From the NCBI RefSeq assembly GCF_014280175.1, contig NZ_CP047931.1:2280001-2312000 (forward strand): a stretch of DNA of 32,000 nucleotides. Reading direction: 5' to 3'. The position numbers were made by a program, and so were the translations under genes. Source of the stretch: Synechococcus sp. A15-28. Lineage in GTDB: Bacteria; Cyanobacteriota; Cyanobacteriia; PCC-6307; Cyanobiaceae. Each line of letters opens with the position of its first letter. Positions within the stretch are counted from its first letter, which is position 1. This document shows positions 9,503 through 18,869 of this stretch, one piece after another. The notes below the pieces were generated by a model. That model did not search any database. It saw only the letters and a program-made list of their open reading frames with translations, and had not been told where the DNA came from.

Positions 9503-10359
9503 GCACGAGAAAATATCAAGGAAAAAAGGAAGGCAAAGAATTGAAAGATTACAATTGAAGGACCTGAAGGTAGATTAAAGAAACCTGATAAGATAAGCCC
9601 AAACAGAGCACACATACCACCCAGTACCATAGAAAAAACAATATAAGAACTAAACTTACGCGAAATTAGTCTACCAGCGCATGCAGGTATTACAACGAAA
9701 GCACTTATAAGCAATACACCAACAGACTTAATTGAAACAGATACAACAATACCCAATAAAATGATGAAAGCAAGTTTGTGGAATCTTGTGTTAATACCAA
9801 TAGAGCCAGCCAAATCCTCATTAAGAGTTAAAAGAACATGAGAACGAAGACTAAAGACAAGGTAGATAATAGAAACAATAAAAAGGATCAATGTAATATA
9901 TATATCTGATGCTGTAATACCAAGAATATCTCCAAAAAGCAACTGCTTAATGCTACCACTATAAGAGTTGATTTTACTTAAGGCAAGAACAGCTGCTGCT
10001 AGAGAGCTAGAATATACGATATTCAATAGTGCGTCGGTAGGCAAAGAACTGCGCTCAACTAGATTATTTACAAGAAATGCAAATATAATGGCAAAAGGAA
10101 TAAGAACAAAAGTAGGATTCACATTTAAAAGGATACCTAGAGTTATACCGAGCAAGGCAGAATGCCCTAATGCATCACTAAAAAAAGCAAGTTGTCGGAG
10201 TACAGCAAAAGAACCTATAAGCCCTCCTAAAGAACCAGTTAAAAAGCCACCAATTAATGCGCGGTGAATAAATGGCTCATCAAATAACTCAAAAAAAGTT
10301 GATAAATCACCCACGACATTGATGCTGATAAGAAACAATATTGGGCCCATAGAGGACAC
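9484..10359 (-). CDS. Metal (zinc/manganese-type) ABC transporter permease, ZnuB/MntB family
   Basis: 291-aa membrane protein; SFAVLRQLAFFSDALGHSALLGITLGILLN, LLISAFVVIPACAGRLISRKF. Start may be downstream of 10359 because the N-terminus overlaps the ATPase gene. Confidence 0.9.
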   Translation of the reverse strand: MSSMGPILFLISINVVGDLSTFFELFDEPFIHRALIGGFLTGSLGGLIGSFAVLRQLAFFSDALGHSALLGITLGILLNVNPTFVLIPFAIIFAFLVNNLVERSSLPTDALLNIVYSSSLAAAVLALSKINSYSGSIKQLLFGDILGITASDIYITLILFIVSIIYLVFSLRSHVLLTLNEDLAGSIGINTRFHKLAFIILLGIVVSVSIKSVGVLLISAFVVIPACAGRLISRKFSSYIVFSMVLGGMCALFGLILSGFFNLPSGPSIVIFQFFAFLFSLIFSRAYNLVE

Positions 10360-11074
10360 TTAATCTTTCGGAAGTCAATGCAAGATTAGGTACACCTCGG
10401 CAGCACAAACGTCTATTTAAACCAAGTACTTGATCGCTACTACGGAGAACCATATCAATATCGTGAGATATATGGAGGACAGTCCAACCTTCCTGCCGAC
10501 GCAATTCAAATAACATTTTTTGAAAACGTTGAGTTGAAGGTATATCTAGACCAGCCTGAACTTCGTCCAAAACAAGAAGATCCCTCGGACGTACGATACA
10601 AAATGCAAGCATAACTCGCTTCAGTTCACCGCCAGAAAGTTCAGTAAGAAGACGTCGTCTTAAATTAAAAGTATCGGTTCTTTCCAAAGATCGATGAACT
10701 AAAATCTTAGTACGGGGGTCCCGCATGCGTAGAAAGGAGGAACTATTACTAAGTCCAAGTTGCACGAACTCAAATACGGAGAGAGGAAACTGACCCTGAA
10801 AAGAAAAATTCTGTGGAATATAAGAAATTCGCTCGCGTATGGATTTCGGTAGATACCCAGCTTTATTCATTTTGGTGCCCATAATATTGATGTCACCTGA
10901 GACGCGCGGAATAAGACCCAACAAGGAGGCAACTAAGGAACTTTTACCAGCACCATTAGGGCCAACTAAAGCTGTATCACTTTCAGCTAATAATTCAAAA
11001 GAAACATCATCTACAACAACATTGGCACCCCTTCTTACAGTAAGATTCTTAACAGAAGCAATTGGATATGACAT
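10307..11074 (-). CDS. Metal ABC transporter ATP-binding protein, ZnuC/MntA family
   Basis: Walker A GPNGAGKSS, signature LSGGELKRVMLA, Walker B LLVLDE, HISHD. Confidence 0.92.
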   Translation of the reverse strand: MSYPIASVKNLTVRRGANVVVDDVSFELLAESDTALVGPNGAGKSSLVASLLGLIPRVSGDINIMGTKMNKAGYLPKSIRERISYIPQNFSFQGQFPLSVFEFVQLGLSNSSSFLRMRDPRTKILVHRSLERTDTFNLRRRLLTELSGGELKRVMLAFCIVRPRDLLVLDEVQAGLDIPSTQRFQKMLFELRRQEGWTVLHISHDIDMVLRSSDQVLGLNRRLCCRGVPNLALTSERLSVLYGPNIVSYQHQCRG

Positions 11075-11077
11075 AGT

Positions 11078-11989
11078 TTAACCACCAAGAGAGAGAAGAA
11101 GATTGGACAAGTTATCCCGCATAAGATCAAAATAGAGAGACTCGTCATACACAAAATCCTGTGAAATAGTTTCAATAGGATTGAATAGTGCTATTTTAAT
11201 ATTAAGATCACGTGCCAACGAATTGAAAGAATTGCTTCCATCTTGAGGCTCAGTTAAAAGAGCCTTTAAATCGGAATCTCGAACAAGATTCGAAACTCGC
11301 TGTAAATCAGCAGGGCTTGGATTGATATCTGGCAGATCAACTAAGTATTCAGCTTTTAATTGATATCGTTCAGCAAAATATGGTGCAAAGTCATGATAAG
11401 CGATAAATGATTTGCCCTGATAAGGCTCCAACTTGGATAAAATTTCAGCATGCAATGCGAGCAAGTTATCCACATAAGCTAAGGCATTTGAAGTATAGAC
11501 CTCACTACAAGCAGGGTTTAAATCCACAAGAGCATCTTTAATAGTCTCTACCTGGCTAATAGCACGTATAGGATCTAGCCATATATGAGGATTAGGATCA
11601 GAATAAGAATCCGCGTTAGAGATATCAGTAGAAATAGTCTTGATGCCAACACTAGTGTCAACAACGGATAATGTTGTACTCGCTGCTGAAGAGATTAGCC
11701 TGTCTAAAAAATTCTCCATTCCCAAGCCATTAATAAAAAATACATCAGCCTTGCCAATAGATAGGATGTCCTTAGGGGTTGATTGAAAATCGTGTGGTCC
11801 AATATTTGTGGGGATTAAAGCTTTGACATCTCCGCATTCACCGGCTACTGCCCTTGCAAATAGTGTTATCGGAAGGAATGAGGTCATAATGGAAATCTTT
11901 TTAGACCCCTCAGGAGGCGTTGTGAGGGAGCCGCAAGAAACCAAAAAGATGGATGCTAGCGAGCAACTAACCCATTTAGTGAAGCGCAT
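11078..11989 (-). CDS. Metal ABC transporter substrate-binding lipoprotein, ZnuA/TroA family
   Basis: Lipobox FLVSCGS; NIGPHDFQSTPKDI, DPNPHIWLDP, FIAYHDFAPYFAERYQL: cluster-A-I/zinc-type SBP motifs. Confidence 0.9.
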   Translation of the reverse strand: MRFTKWVSCSLASIFLVSCGSLTTPPEGSKKISIMTSFLPITLFARAVAGECGDVKALIPTNIGPHDFQSTPKDILSIGKADVFFINGLGMENFLDRLISSAASTTLSVVDTSVGIKTISTDISNADSYSDPNPHIWLDPIRAISQVETIKDALVDLNPACSEVYTSNALAYVDNLLALHAEILSKLEPYQGKSFIAYHDFAPYFAERYQLKAEYLVDLPDINPSPADLQRVSNLVRDSDLKALLTEPQDGSNSFNSLARDLNIKIALFNPIETISQDFVYDESLYFDLMRDNLSNLLLSLGG

Positions 11990-12109
11990 CTAGTAGGAGA
12001 AGCGAAGTCAAATACGATACGAAAAAACAAAGATCTTTATGAATCACCGAAAAAACAAGGCGATATAAGCTGCCCGGGATTAGTATAGTTGTTGAGCATC
12101 CATCTAGTA

Positions 12110-13492
12110 ATGAAAGAAAAGCGCAAGGTTCCTGTCACCATACTTACTGGCTACCTTGGGGCAGGGAAAACCACACTTTTAAACAAGATCTTGAGAGAAG
12201 AGCACGGAAAAAAAATTGCAGTCATAGAGAACGAATACGGCGAGGTTGGAATTGATCAAGGACTCGTCATTAACGCAGACGAAGAGGTCTTTGAAATGTC
12301 TAATGGTTGCATTTGTTGCACGGTAAGAGGTGATCTGATAAGAGTCCTAGGCAATCTAATGAAACGTAGGGACAAATTTGATTACGTTTTAGTTGAAACG
12401 ACAGGTCTCGCTGACCCAGGGCCGGTAGCACAAACTTTTTTTATGGATGATGAAGTTAGAGATGAATTTACTCTTGATGGAATAGTGACGTTAGTAGATT
12501 CTGCACACATTAATCAACAATTGGAACATAGCACTGAAAGTGCAGAGCAGGTCGCCTTCGCGGACGTACTCATACTCAATAAAACTGACTTAGTTTCCAA
12601 AAACGAAGTCAATGTACTTGAATCACGCCTTCGAGATATGAACAAAATGGCCCGTATACTGCGTGCAAAAGAAGCCGGGGTCGATGTTGAAGATGTCTTG
12701 AATCTTGGTGCATTTGATCTCCAGCAAACATTAGATAGACGTCCGACATTTCTCGAACCTGAATATCCGTTTGAGTGGACCGGAGTATATGAACTTAAGA
12801 AAGGAAACTACAGGCTTTATTTTGATGATGGACCTGATCCAACAATGCTAATAACAGCAATAAAATGTGACAGTTCAAATGAAAAAGATCTTGATGAATA
12901 CGCCGAAGATTGTGTAAGAATATTTTCAAAAGAACCTAAAAAACTTTTACCAGGTGAAGCAATAAGCTTTAACGAGGTTATTGAATTACAATTACAAGAT
13001 GCTGGTCAAAAGCTCTTTGAATTATATATAGACAATAAATCAACTATAGGTCTCTTCACCCAACATACGGCAGAAGAATTTAATATAAGACTAGATGAAA
13101 ATAAAGATGATCAGCCCAGAGATAAGGAATTTAGGGATATAACTAAGGGGATCGATACAAGGATCGAAAGAATATGGGTAGCAGAACACGAACATGACGA
13201 TGAAGTTGGATCTATTGCCCTAGAAAGCCTTGGCAACATTAATCCAGATAAATTAAACGATTGGATTTCAAAACTTCTCCGAGAAAAAGGAGTAGATATA
13301 TTTAGAACCAAAGGGTTTATCAGCTACGCTGAAGAATCTAGAAAAATTGTATTTCAAGGGGTCCATATGTTATTTACTGCAGAACCTGGAAGCGAATGGG
13401 GAAACGAGCCCAGGAAGAATCAACTTGTATTCATAGGCCGAAATTTAGACGAGGATGCATTAAGGACTGAGTTTCAAAAATGTCTAGCATGA
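12110..13492 (+). CDS. CobW/COG0523-family GTPase (putative metallochaperone)
   Basis: VPVTILTGYLGAGKTTLLNKIL (Walker A), NGCICCTVRGDL (CxCC), LVETTGLADPGPVAQTF, LILNKTDL; start taken at internal ATG (MKEKRK) at 12110 of ORF 12089..13492. Confidence 0.93.
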   Translation: MKEKRKVPVTILTGYLGAGKTTLLNKILREEHGKKIAVIENEYGEVGIDQGLVINADEEVFEMSNGCICCTVRGDLIRVLGNLMKRRDKFDYVLVETTGLADPGPVAQTFFMDDEVRDEFTLDGIVTLVDSAHINQQLEHSTESAEQVAFADVLILNKTDLVSKNEVNVLESRLRDMNKMARILRAKEAGVDVEDVLNLGAFDLQQTLDRRPTFLEPEYPFEWTGVYELKKGNYRLYFDDGPDPTMLITAIKCDSSNEKDLDEYAEDCVRIFSKEPKKLLPGEAISFNEVIELQLQDAGQKLFELYIDNKSTIGLFTQHTAEEFNIRLDENKDDQPRDKEFRDITKGIDTRIERIWVAEHEHDDEVGSIALESLGNINPDKLNDWISKLLREKGVDIFRTKGFISYAEESRKIVFQGVHMLFTAEPGSEWGNEPRKNQLVFIGRNLDEDALRTEFQKCLA

Positions 13493-14547
13493 AAAGATCT
13501 AACAGCATTTTTCAAGGTGGATGGTACAGTGAAATTAATGAATACGTAATAGCTTGTGACTGGGCACTCGAAAATAAGAATATTATTGCTGCAGATATAA
13601 CAGGCAATATTTACTCTTTTGATGCAAAAACAGGGAAGTTACTATACATGCAAAAAGACACTCACAACAAATCACTCTTAGATCTAGCAGTAAATCCCAA
13701 TGGAAGCATATATGCAACTTGTGGCCAAAACGGCAAGGTTGATATTAATGCGGCTTCTGATGGAAGCTTACTAAGTTCAAGCTCATTAGGCAATGATTGG
13801 ATTGATAATATACAATGGACAAATAACGGAAGATTATTAGCCGGTAGCATTGGAAAGTTCGTACATGTGATTGATTCGTCAGGAAATCAATTATGGCGTT
13901 CCGATGAACTGACAAGTACTGTGTCAGCAATTTATTGGTCAAACAATAGCGAATTAGCGATATCAAGCTACGGTCAAGTGATTATTTATGATGTGAAAAC
14001 CAATAAAGTTTGTCAAAGATTTGAGTGGAAGGGATCTCTTATATCATTGGCATTGAGCCCCAACGGGGAGATTGTAGCTTGTGGGAGTCAAGACAATTCA
14101 GTACATTTTTGGCGACGAACTAATGGTAAAGATGCAGAAATGACTGGCTATCCTGGCAAACCTAAAGATATTGTGTTTGATATTACGGGTCAATATTTAG
14201 CTACAGGGGGAAGCCCCCAAGTTACAGTATGGAACTTTAAAAATAAGGGTCCTGAGGGAACAATTCCGGGGCAACTTATACTTCATAATGAGCCTATAAG
14301 TTGCCTAAGCTTTGCCAACAGTAGCTCGTTATTAGCATCTGGTGCAAAAGATGGGTCAATTGCAATTTGGAAATTAGATAAAAATGGAGATGGTGAGCCC
14401 ATTGACAAGATATCCATCAACTCGACGCCGACACGACTAAGATGGAAAAAAGATGATAATGCCTTTTTAGCTGCTAGCGACTCGGGGAAATTATTCTGCT
14501 GGGATATACCGTCTAAAAATGGAGAAGGATTCGGATTCAAAAAGTAA
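13489..14547 (+). CDS. WD40-repeat (beta-propeller) protein
   Basis: Repeating units such as IISLALSPNGEIVACGSQDNSVHFWRR, ISCLSFANSSSLLASGAKDGSIAIWKLD; ATG at 13489 overlaps cobW stop (ATGA). Confidence 0.88.
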   Translation: MKRSNSIFQGGWYSEINEYVIACDWALENKNIIAADITGNIYSFDAKTGKLLYMQKDTHNKSLLDLAVNPNGSIYATCGQNGKVDINAASDGSLLSSSSLGNDWIDNIQWTNNGRLLAGSIGKFVHVIDSSGNQLWRSDELTSTVSAIYWSNNSELAISSYGQVIIYDVKTNKVCQRFEWKGSLISLALSPNGEIVACGSQDNSVHFWRRTNGKDAEMTGYPGKPKDIVFDITGQYLATGGSPQVTVWNFKNKGPEGTIPGQLILHNEPISCLSFANSSSLLASGAKDGSIAIWKLDKNGDGEPIDKISINSTPTRLRWKKDDNAFLAASDSGKLFCWDIPSKNGEGFGFKK

Positions 14548-14666
14548 ATATATAACCGTTCGATATAATCCTTGAGGATCAGAGGAAAGTTGATTAAGAA
14601 ATTAAAAACTAATTCAAATGCGACTGGCCGGACTGTACAATGGTGTAAATCAATACAATACAAGTT

Positions 14667-14813
14667 ATGTATCAAACTCAATGGCTGGCTTCCGTCACTG
14701 ACTCACTGCGGAAGCGTTATCTAAAGTCTCAAAAAGAAAATGACAAAAAAGCAACTACAGAATTGTTTAAGGAAGCGGTTTACTTAGGTATTAACATACG
14801 CAATTTTGATTAA
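14667..14813 (+). CDS. Possible 48-aa small protein (not in supplied ORF track)
   Basis: ATG 14667 to TAA 14811-14813: MYQTQWLASVTDSLRKRYLKSQKENDKKATTELFKEAVYLGINIRNFD*. Confidence 0.35.
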   Translation: MYQTQWLASVTDSLRKRYLKSQKENDKKATTELFKEAVYLGINIRNFD

Positions 14814-14893
14814 GATTTTTAATGGGCCGACAATAGAGTCCTTTATAATAACATGTATGTTTATAATATAGAAACAACCATAGCCCATTGCTA

Positions 14894-15217
14894 ATGAATG
14901 AAGAATCAGCAAAAAGTAACGAAGACCAAGATATTTTTTCACAATTAATGAAAGAAGTAAGTACTCTTGCTTTATTAAAAGAATCAGGTGCAAGTATTAT
15001 TCAAGGAAAGATTTTAATAATTATCGTTGGAATTGAAAAGGATGGAGAATTGTTAAAGGGCAAAGAGATACAACCTAAACATTGCAATATAAGCAATGAA
15101 GAAGAATTCCAAGAATTTATTAAAGGTAATTACAAAAATGTTGATACGTTATATGTAAGATACTTTAGACCCGGAGACATAGAATTAAGTGAAATTACGA
15201 AATACATAATAAAATAA
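14894..15217 (+). CDS. Small hypothetical protein
   Basis: MNEESAKSNEDQDIFSQLMKEVSTLALLKESGASIIQGKILIIIVGIEKDGELLKGKEI... ; ATG at 14894 preferred over the TTG at 14888. Confidence 0.55.
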   Translation: MNEESAKSNEDQDIFSQLMKEVSTLALLKESGASIIQGKILIIIVGIEKDGELLKGKEIQPKHCNISNEEEFQEFIKGNYKNVDTLYVRYFRPGDIELSEITKYIIK

Positions 15218-15257
15218 AAGAGCTACTTTAGGCAAGTTAAATAAACACAAAGTGTAA

Positions 15258-16124
15258 CTAAGAAGACTCTTCAACTGCTCTTGTTTCGCGAAGGAGATGA
15301 TCCTCAAGTTGGAGTTTGATATCAATGAAGAGAGAATCTTTTTCTATAATATTACGGATTCTGGGCCTTGGCAAAGGGACATCTATAATATCTGCAATAT
15401 TTGCAGATGGTCCACTAGACATAAGTACAATTTTGTCAGACATTAACAATGCTTCTTCAATACTATGTGTAATTAAAAGTGCTGTAACTCTATTTTTCTC
15501 CCATATTTTTAACACTTCTTCTTGCAAATAGGACCTTGTAAGGGCATCAAGGGCTCCAAAAGGCTCGTCCATAAGTAACATAGACGGATTAATAGACAAA
15601 GCTCGTGCAATAGCAACTCTCTGCTTCATACCACCTGAAATTTGCTTTGGAAACTTGTTCATTGAGCGTTCTAACCCAACCATATTCAAAAAGTATCTGG
15701 CTTTTTCACGCCTCTGTGAGGTACTTAGTTCTGGACAGGCCGTCTCCAAGGCATATTCGATGTTGCCTGCGGCGCTTAGCCAGGGCATAAGTGCGTAGTT
15801 CTGAAAAATTATACCTCTGTCTGGACCAGGGCCAACCAGTGGCTTGCCTTCGATGAAAATTTCACCAGACGTGAAATCATCTAATCCTGCTAAAAGATTC
15901 AAAAGCGTTGATTTACCACAACCCGAAGGGCCAATCAAAGAGACAAAAGTGTTCTTTTTAATATCGAGATTTATACCTTCAAGAGCAATATAGTTCTCAG
16001 TTTTTTTGTTAAAAAGAGAAGGTCGAGAAATTGGGAAAACTTTTCTTAGATTTACAATTTCAACATGAGATTCATGTTCCTTGTAAGAAATGGAATCAGC
16101 TGAACTTGAACCAGATTTAGTCAT
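15258..16124 (-). CDS. cynD: Cyanate/nitrate-type ABC transporter ATP-binding protein (NrtD/CynD/SsuB family)
   Basis: SLIGPSGCGKSTLLNLLAGLDDFTSG, LVGPGPDRGIIFQNYALMPWLS, ISGGMKQRVAIARAL, LLMDEPFGALDALTR; cyanate assignment is from proximity to cynS. Confidence 0.82.
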   Translation of the reverse strand: MTKSGSSSADSISYKEHESHVEIVNLRKVFPISRPSLFNKKTENYIALEGINLDIKKNTFVSLIGPSGCGKSTLLNLLAGLDDFTSGEIFIEGKPLVGPGPDRGIIFQNYALMPWLSAAGNIEYALETACPELSTSQRREKARYFLNMVGLERSMNKFPKQISGGMKQRVAIARALSINPSMLLMDEPFGALDALTRSYLQEEVLKIWEKNRVTALLITHSIEEALLMSDKIVLMSSGPSANIADIIDVPLPRPRIRNIIEKDSLFIDIKLQLEDHLLRETRAVEESS

Positions 16125-16900
16125 GAATCGTAATTGAATCGAAGTTGCAAAATCTCAAAGATTTGATCCAGTACATAACCAGTTATTCCTATGATTATAA
16201 TTGCTACAAATATGTTAGCTACATATAAATTGTTCCATTCATTCCATATAAAATATCCGATACCCGTGCCTAGAAGCATTTCAGCAGCCACTATTACAAG
16301 CCATGCTGTACCCATTGAAATTCTCATGCCAGCTAAAATATTTGGCATTACTGCAGGTAAGATGACTTTGGTAATGGTATTAGTTTTGGAAGCACCTAAT
16401 GACTTTGCAACTTTTAAGACATCAGAATCTACGGATTGAACACCAATTGCGGTATTAATTAAAGTCGGCCAGATGCTTGTAATAAAAATGACAAAAATAC
16501 CGGTAACTTCTGAATTTCTAAATACGAATAAGCCAATGGGCAGCCAGGCAAGCGGTGAGACCGGTTTAAGTAGTTGTACATAAGGATCAACAGAAGACTT
16601 AACGGTTTTGGAAACACCAACAAAGAGACCGACTGGAATTGCAACAACCATTGCAAGTGTATAACCAATTAGGACTCTTCTTAAGCTTATAAGTAAATTA
16701 AAACCAATACCTAAATCGTTAGGACCGTTATCAAAAAATGGATCTGATATCCACCATATTAATTCCTGAAATGTCTTTAAAGCCCCTGGAAAATTAGGAA
16801 TTAAATTGGCACTGGCTATAATTTCCCAGACAACGCAAAAAGAAAGGAGACTAGATCCTGAGATCAGTAACGATCTCAGGATTGTTGACTTTGTAGACAT
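16121..16900 (-). CDS. cynB: Cyanate/nitrate-type ABC transporter permease
   Basis: LKPVSPLAWLPIGLFVF, VAKSLGASKTNTITKVILPAVMPNILAGMRISMGTAWLVIVAAEML; 4-nt overlap with the ATPase. Confidence 0.82.
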   Translation of the reverse strand: MSTKSTILRSLLISGSSLLSFCVVWEIIASANLIPNFPGALKTFQELIWWISDPFFDNGPNDLGIGFNLLISLRRVLIGYTLAMVVAIPVGLFVGVSKTVKSSVDPYVQLLKPVSPLAWLPIGLFVFRNSEVTGIFVIFITSIWPTLINTAIGVQSVDSDVLKVAKSLGASKTNTITKVILPAVMPNILAGMRISMGTAWLVIVAAEMLLGTGIGYFIWNEWNNLYVANIFVAIIIIGITGYVLDQIFEILQLRFNYDS

Positions 16901-16905
16901 ACAGT

Positions 16906-18585
16906 TTATACACCGTCCCTATCAATTTGTTTGCTGACATAGCCCAACGGATCAGTAGGGTCAAAGCTGTCGTATGCAAGCTTCTCAGTCTTGAACGAAC
17001 GGGAGGGAGGATTGAAACCCAGCTCCCTTTCCAAAGATTGAGCTTCATTTGTTAGGAATATTGCGGCACTATTAGCATTAAAGTCACCAGCTTTAATTGC
17101 GTCAGCAGCTCCTCCAAGGTCCCATCGTACAAGTTGAGACTGAATCCAATGTGAAAAGCTTTGCCAAGGATAAGGTTTAAAATCTATTCTGTCAGGAACA
17201 TTTTTCTTATTGCCCAAGCCGTCATCGAACTTGCCTGTCAAAACAGCTTCAACGACTTTAGTCGGTTGGTTTAGGAAGGCGCGGCCAGAAATATATTTCG
17301 CAATTTCAGATCTGTTAGTAGGATTTGTTGCATAATTCGCAGCTTCAATAATAGATTTATTGATGGCTTTAAAAGTATTTGGATGCTTGTTAATCCAGGG
17401 TTCACCCGCAGCGAAAGCGCAGCATGGATGACCAACCCAAAGATCCTTAGTTAGAAGGTGAATAAAACCAACACCTTCAAACACAGCTCTTTGATTAAAT
17501 GGATCAGGCATCAAATATGCATCGATATCACCTGCAACCATCTGGGCAACACTATCCGGTGGTGGTACAGGGCGAATTTGTACATCCTTGTCAGGATCAA
17601 CTCCACCCTTAGCGAGGTAATATCTAAGTAGTAAATTATGCATCGAGTATGGAAATGGTACTCCGAACACAAAGCCTTTCATATCTGCGGCAGATTTAAC
17701 TGTATCCTTGTGACGATTAGCTACAGTTATTGCTTGTCCGTTGATATTTTCAATACTGGCTAGTTTGACGCTGAATGGAGAAGTTCCCAATCCCAAAGTC
17801 ATAGAGATAGGCATTGGAGCGAGCATGTGATAAGCATCAAGCTCACCTGCAATGGCCGAATCGCGAACAGCTCCCCAACTTGGCATTTTCACAACCTTAC
17901 ATTTCAACCCATTAGATTTATAAAAACCCATAGGTTCTGACATGATTATCGGTGTTGCACATGTAATTGGAATGAATCCAATCTTCAAGTTAGTTTTCTC
18001 TAATTTACCGCCGGCATGACCTGCTGCATGAGCATCTTGAGTATCTAAGCCTGCGCTATTGGCAATTGTTATCATGGCCGCACCAGCAGCCAATCCTTTG
18101 AGAAATGACCTTCTTCCAAAAGGGGAACTAGAGTGAATAGAGGCAAAGAATTCACCTGCTTGAGGACCAAAGGCTGCTGCCATCGCTTGATCTAATCCAC
18201 CGGCTTCTTCAGCTAGTGCCCGCAAAAGCTTTTCCTTGGCAGGATCACCTTGAGAAGCGTTCTTATAAAAAAGAATCTCTCTAAGCTCCGCTGATGAAAC
18301 AGCCTCAGCGACTTCTACAGCATCGGCTTTAATCAAACCCATTTTATAAAAATCATCCATCAAATCCTCAGGATCTGAAGGCATATCTTCGGTAAAATCT
18401 TGATGATCTGGACTAAATGGCCGGCACTCTACACAGAAGCAAAACAAACCATGACCGGTTTGTGGTTGAAAGGAAGGAGAATTTGATGTAGCTTCTGTAG
18501 TGCTATTACATTGAAGCTGTGACTTAAGGATCTCAGCGGCAGTCTGAGTTGTTGTTGATGCATGCGAGGTGAAAAGATTCGACAC
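16906..18585 (-). CDS. cynA: Cyanate/nitrate-type ABC transporter substrate-binding protein with long N-terminal extension and internal Tat motif
   Basis: GRRSFLKGLAAGAAMITIANSAG Tat-like motif; LKIGFIPITCATPIIMSEPMGFYKSNGLKCKVVKMPSWGAVRDSAIAGELDAYHMLAPMPISMTLGLG NrtA/CmpA-like core. GTG start at 18585 uncertain. Confidence 0.82.
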   Translation of the reverse strand: MSNLFTSHASTTTQTAAEILKSQLQCNSTTEATSNSPSFQPQTGHGLFCFCVECRPFSPDHQDFTEDMPSDPEDLMDDFYKMGLIKADAVEVAEAVSSAELREILFYKNASQGDPAKEKLLRALAEEAGGLDQAMAAAFGPQAGEFFASIHSSSPFGRRSFLKGLAAGAAMITIANSAGLDTQDAHAAGHAGGKLEKTNLKIGFIPITCATPIIMSEPMGFYKSNGLKCKVVKMPSWGAVRDSAIAGELDAYHMLAPMPISMTLGLGTSPFSVKLASIENINGQAITVANRHKDTVKSAADMKGFVFGVPFPYSMHNLLLRYYLAKGGVDPDKDVQIRPVPPPDSVAQMVAGDIDAYLMPDPFNQRAVFEGVGFIHLLTKDLWVGHPCCAFAAGEPWINKHPNTFKAINKSIIEAANYATNPTNRSEIAKYISGRAFLNQPTKVVEAVLTGKFDDGLGNKKNVPDRIDFKPYPWQSFSHWIQSQLVRWDLGGAADAIKAGDFNANSAAIFLTNEAQSLERELGFNPPSRSFKTEKLAYDSFDPTDPLGYVSKQIDRDGV

Positions 18586-18636
18586 AAATCGAGTTCATAG
18601 TTCTACATTTATAGTTGGAAAGCGAACGCGGATGTT

Positions 18637-18650
18637 GTATCAGGTGATAC
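18637..18650 (-). promoter_or_regulatory. Candidate NtcA-binding site upstream of cynA
   Basis: GTATCAGGTGATAC: perfect GTA-N8-TAC, near-palindrome. On the minus strand, 23 nt downstream is TATAAA (18613-18608), placing a predicted TSS near 18602, just upstream of the GTG at 18585. Confidence 0.7.
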
Positions 18651-18869
18651 TCATAGCAAAATTTGTCAGAATTGTCTCACTTGCTACATTAATCGGCTGT
18701 TCAATTTATTAGAGAGAAAGGTAGTTCTCCAGATAACATTTGTTGGATGCCCTAAACAGTATGCGCTTAAACTTAAAATTATACTTATTGCAACAATGAG
18801 TGAATTTTTATTATTGGAAATTTATTATATTTGAGAGAAGATCTGCTGCGCAGATCAATCGCCTTAAGA

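Noticed and set aside
11990-12109. Zur/Fur box in the divergent spacer between znuA-like and cobW genes
   Set aside because: No TGATAAT-type or other clear palindrome was visible by eye, so no site is claimed.
14283-14993. Minus-strand ORFs of 132 aa and 69 aa
   Set aside because: The first is largely antisense to the WD40 gene, the second overlaps the better-supported 14894-15217 ORF; composition is biased toward L/I/N/P as expected for AT-rich noncoding frames.
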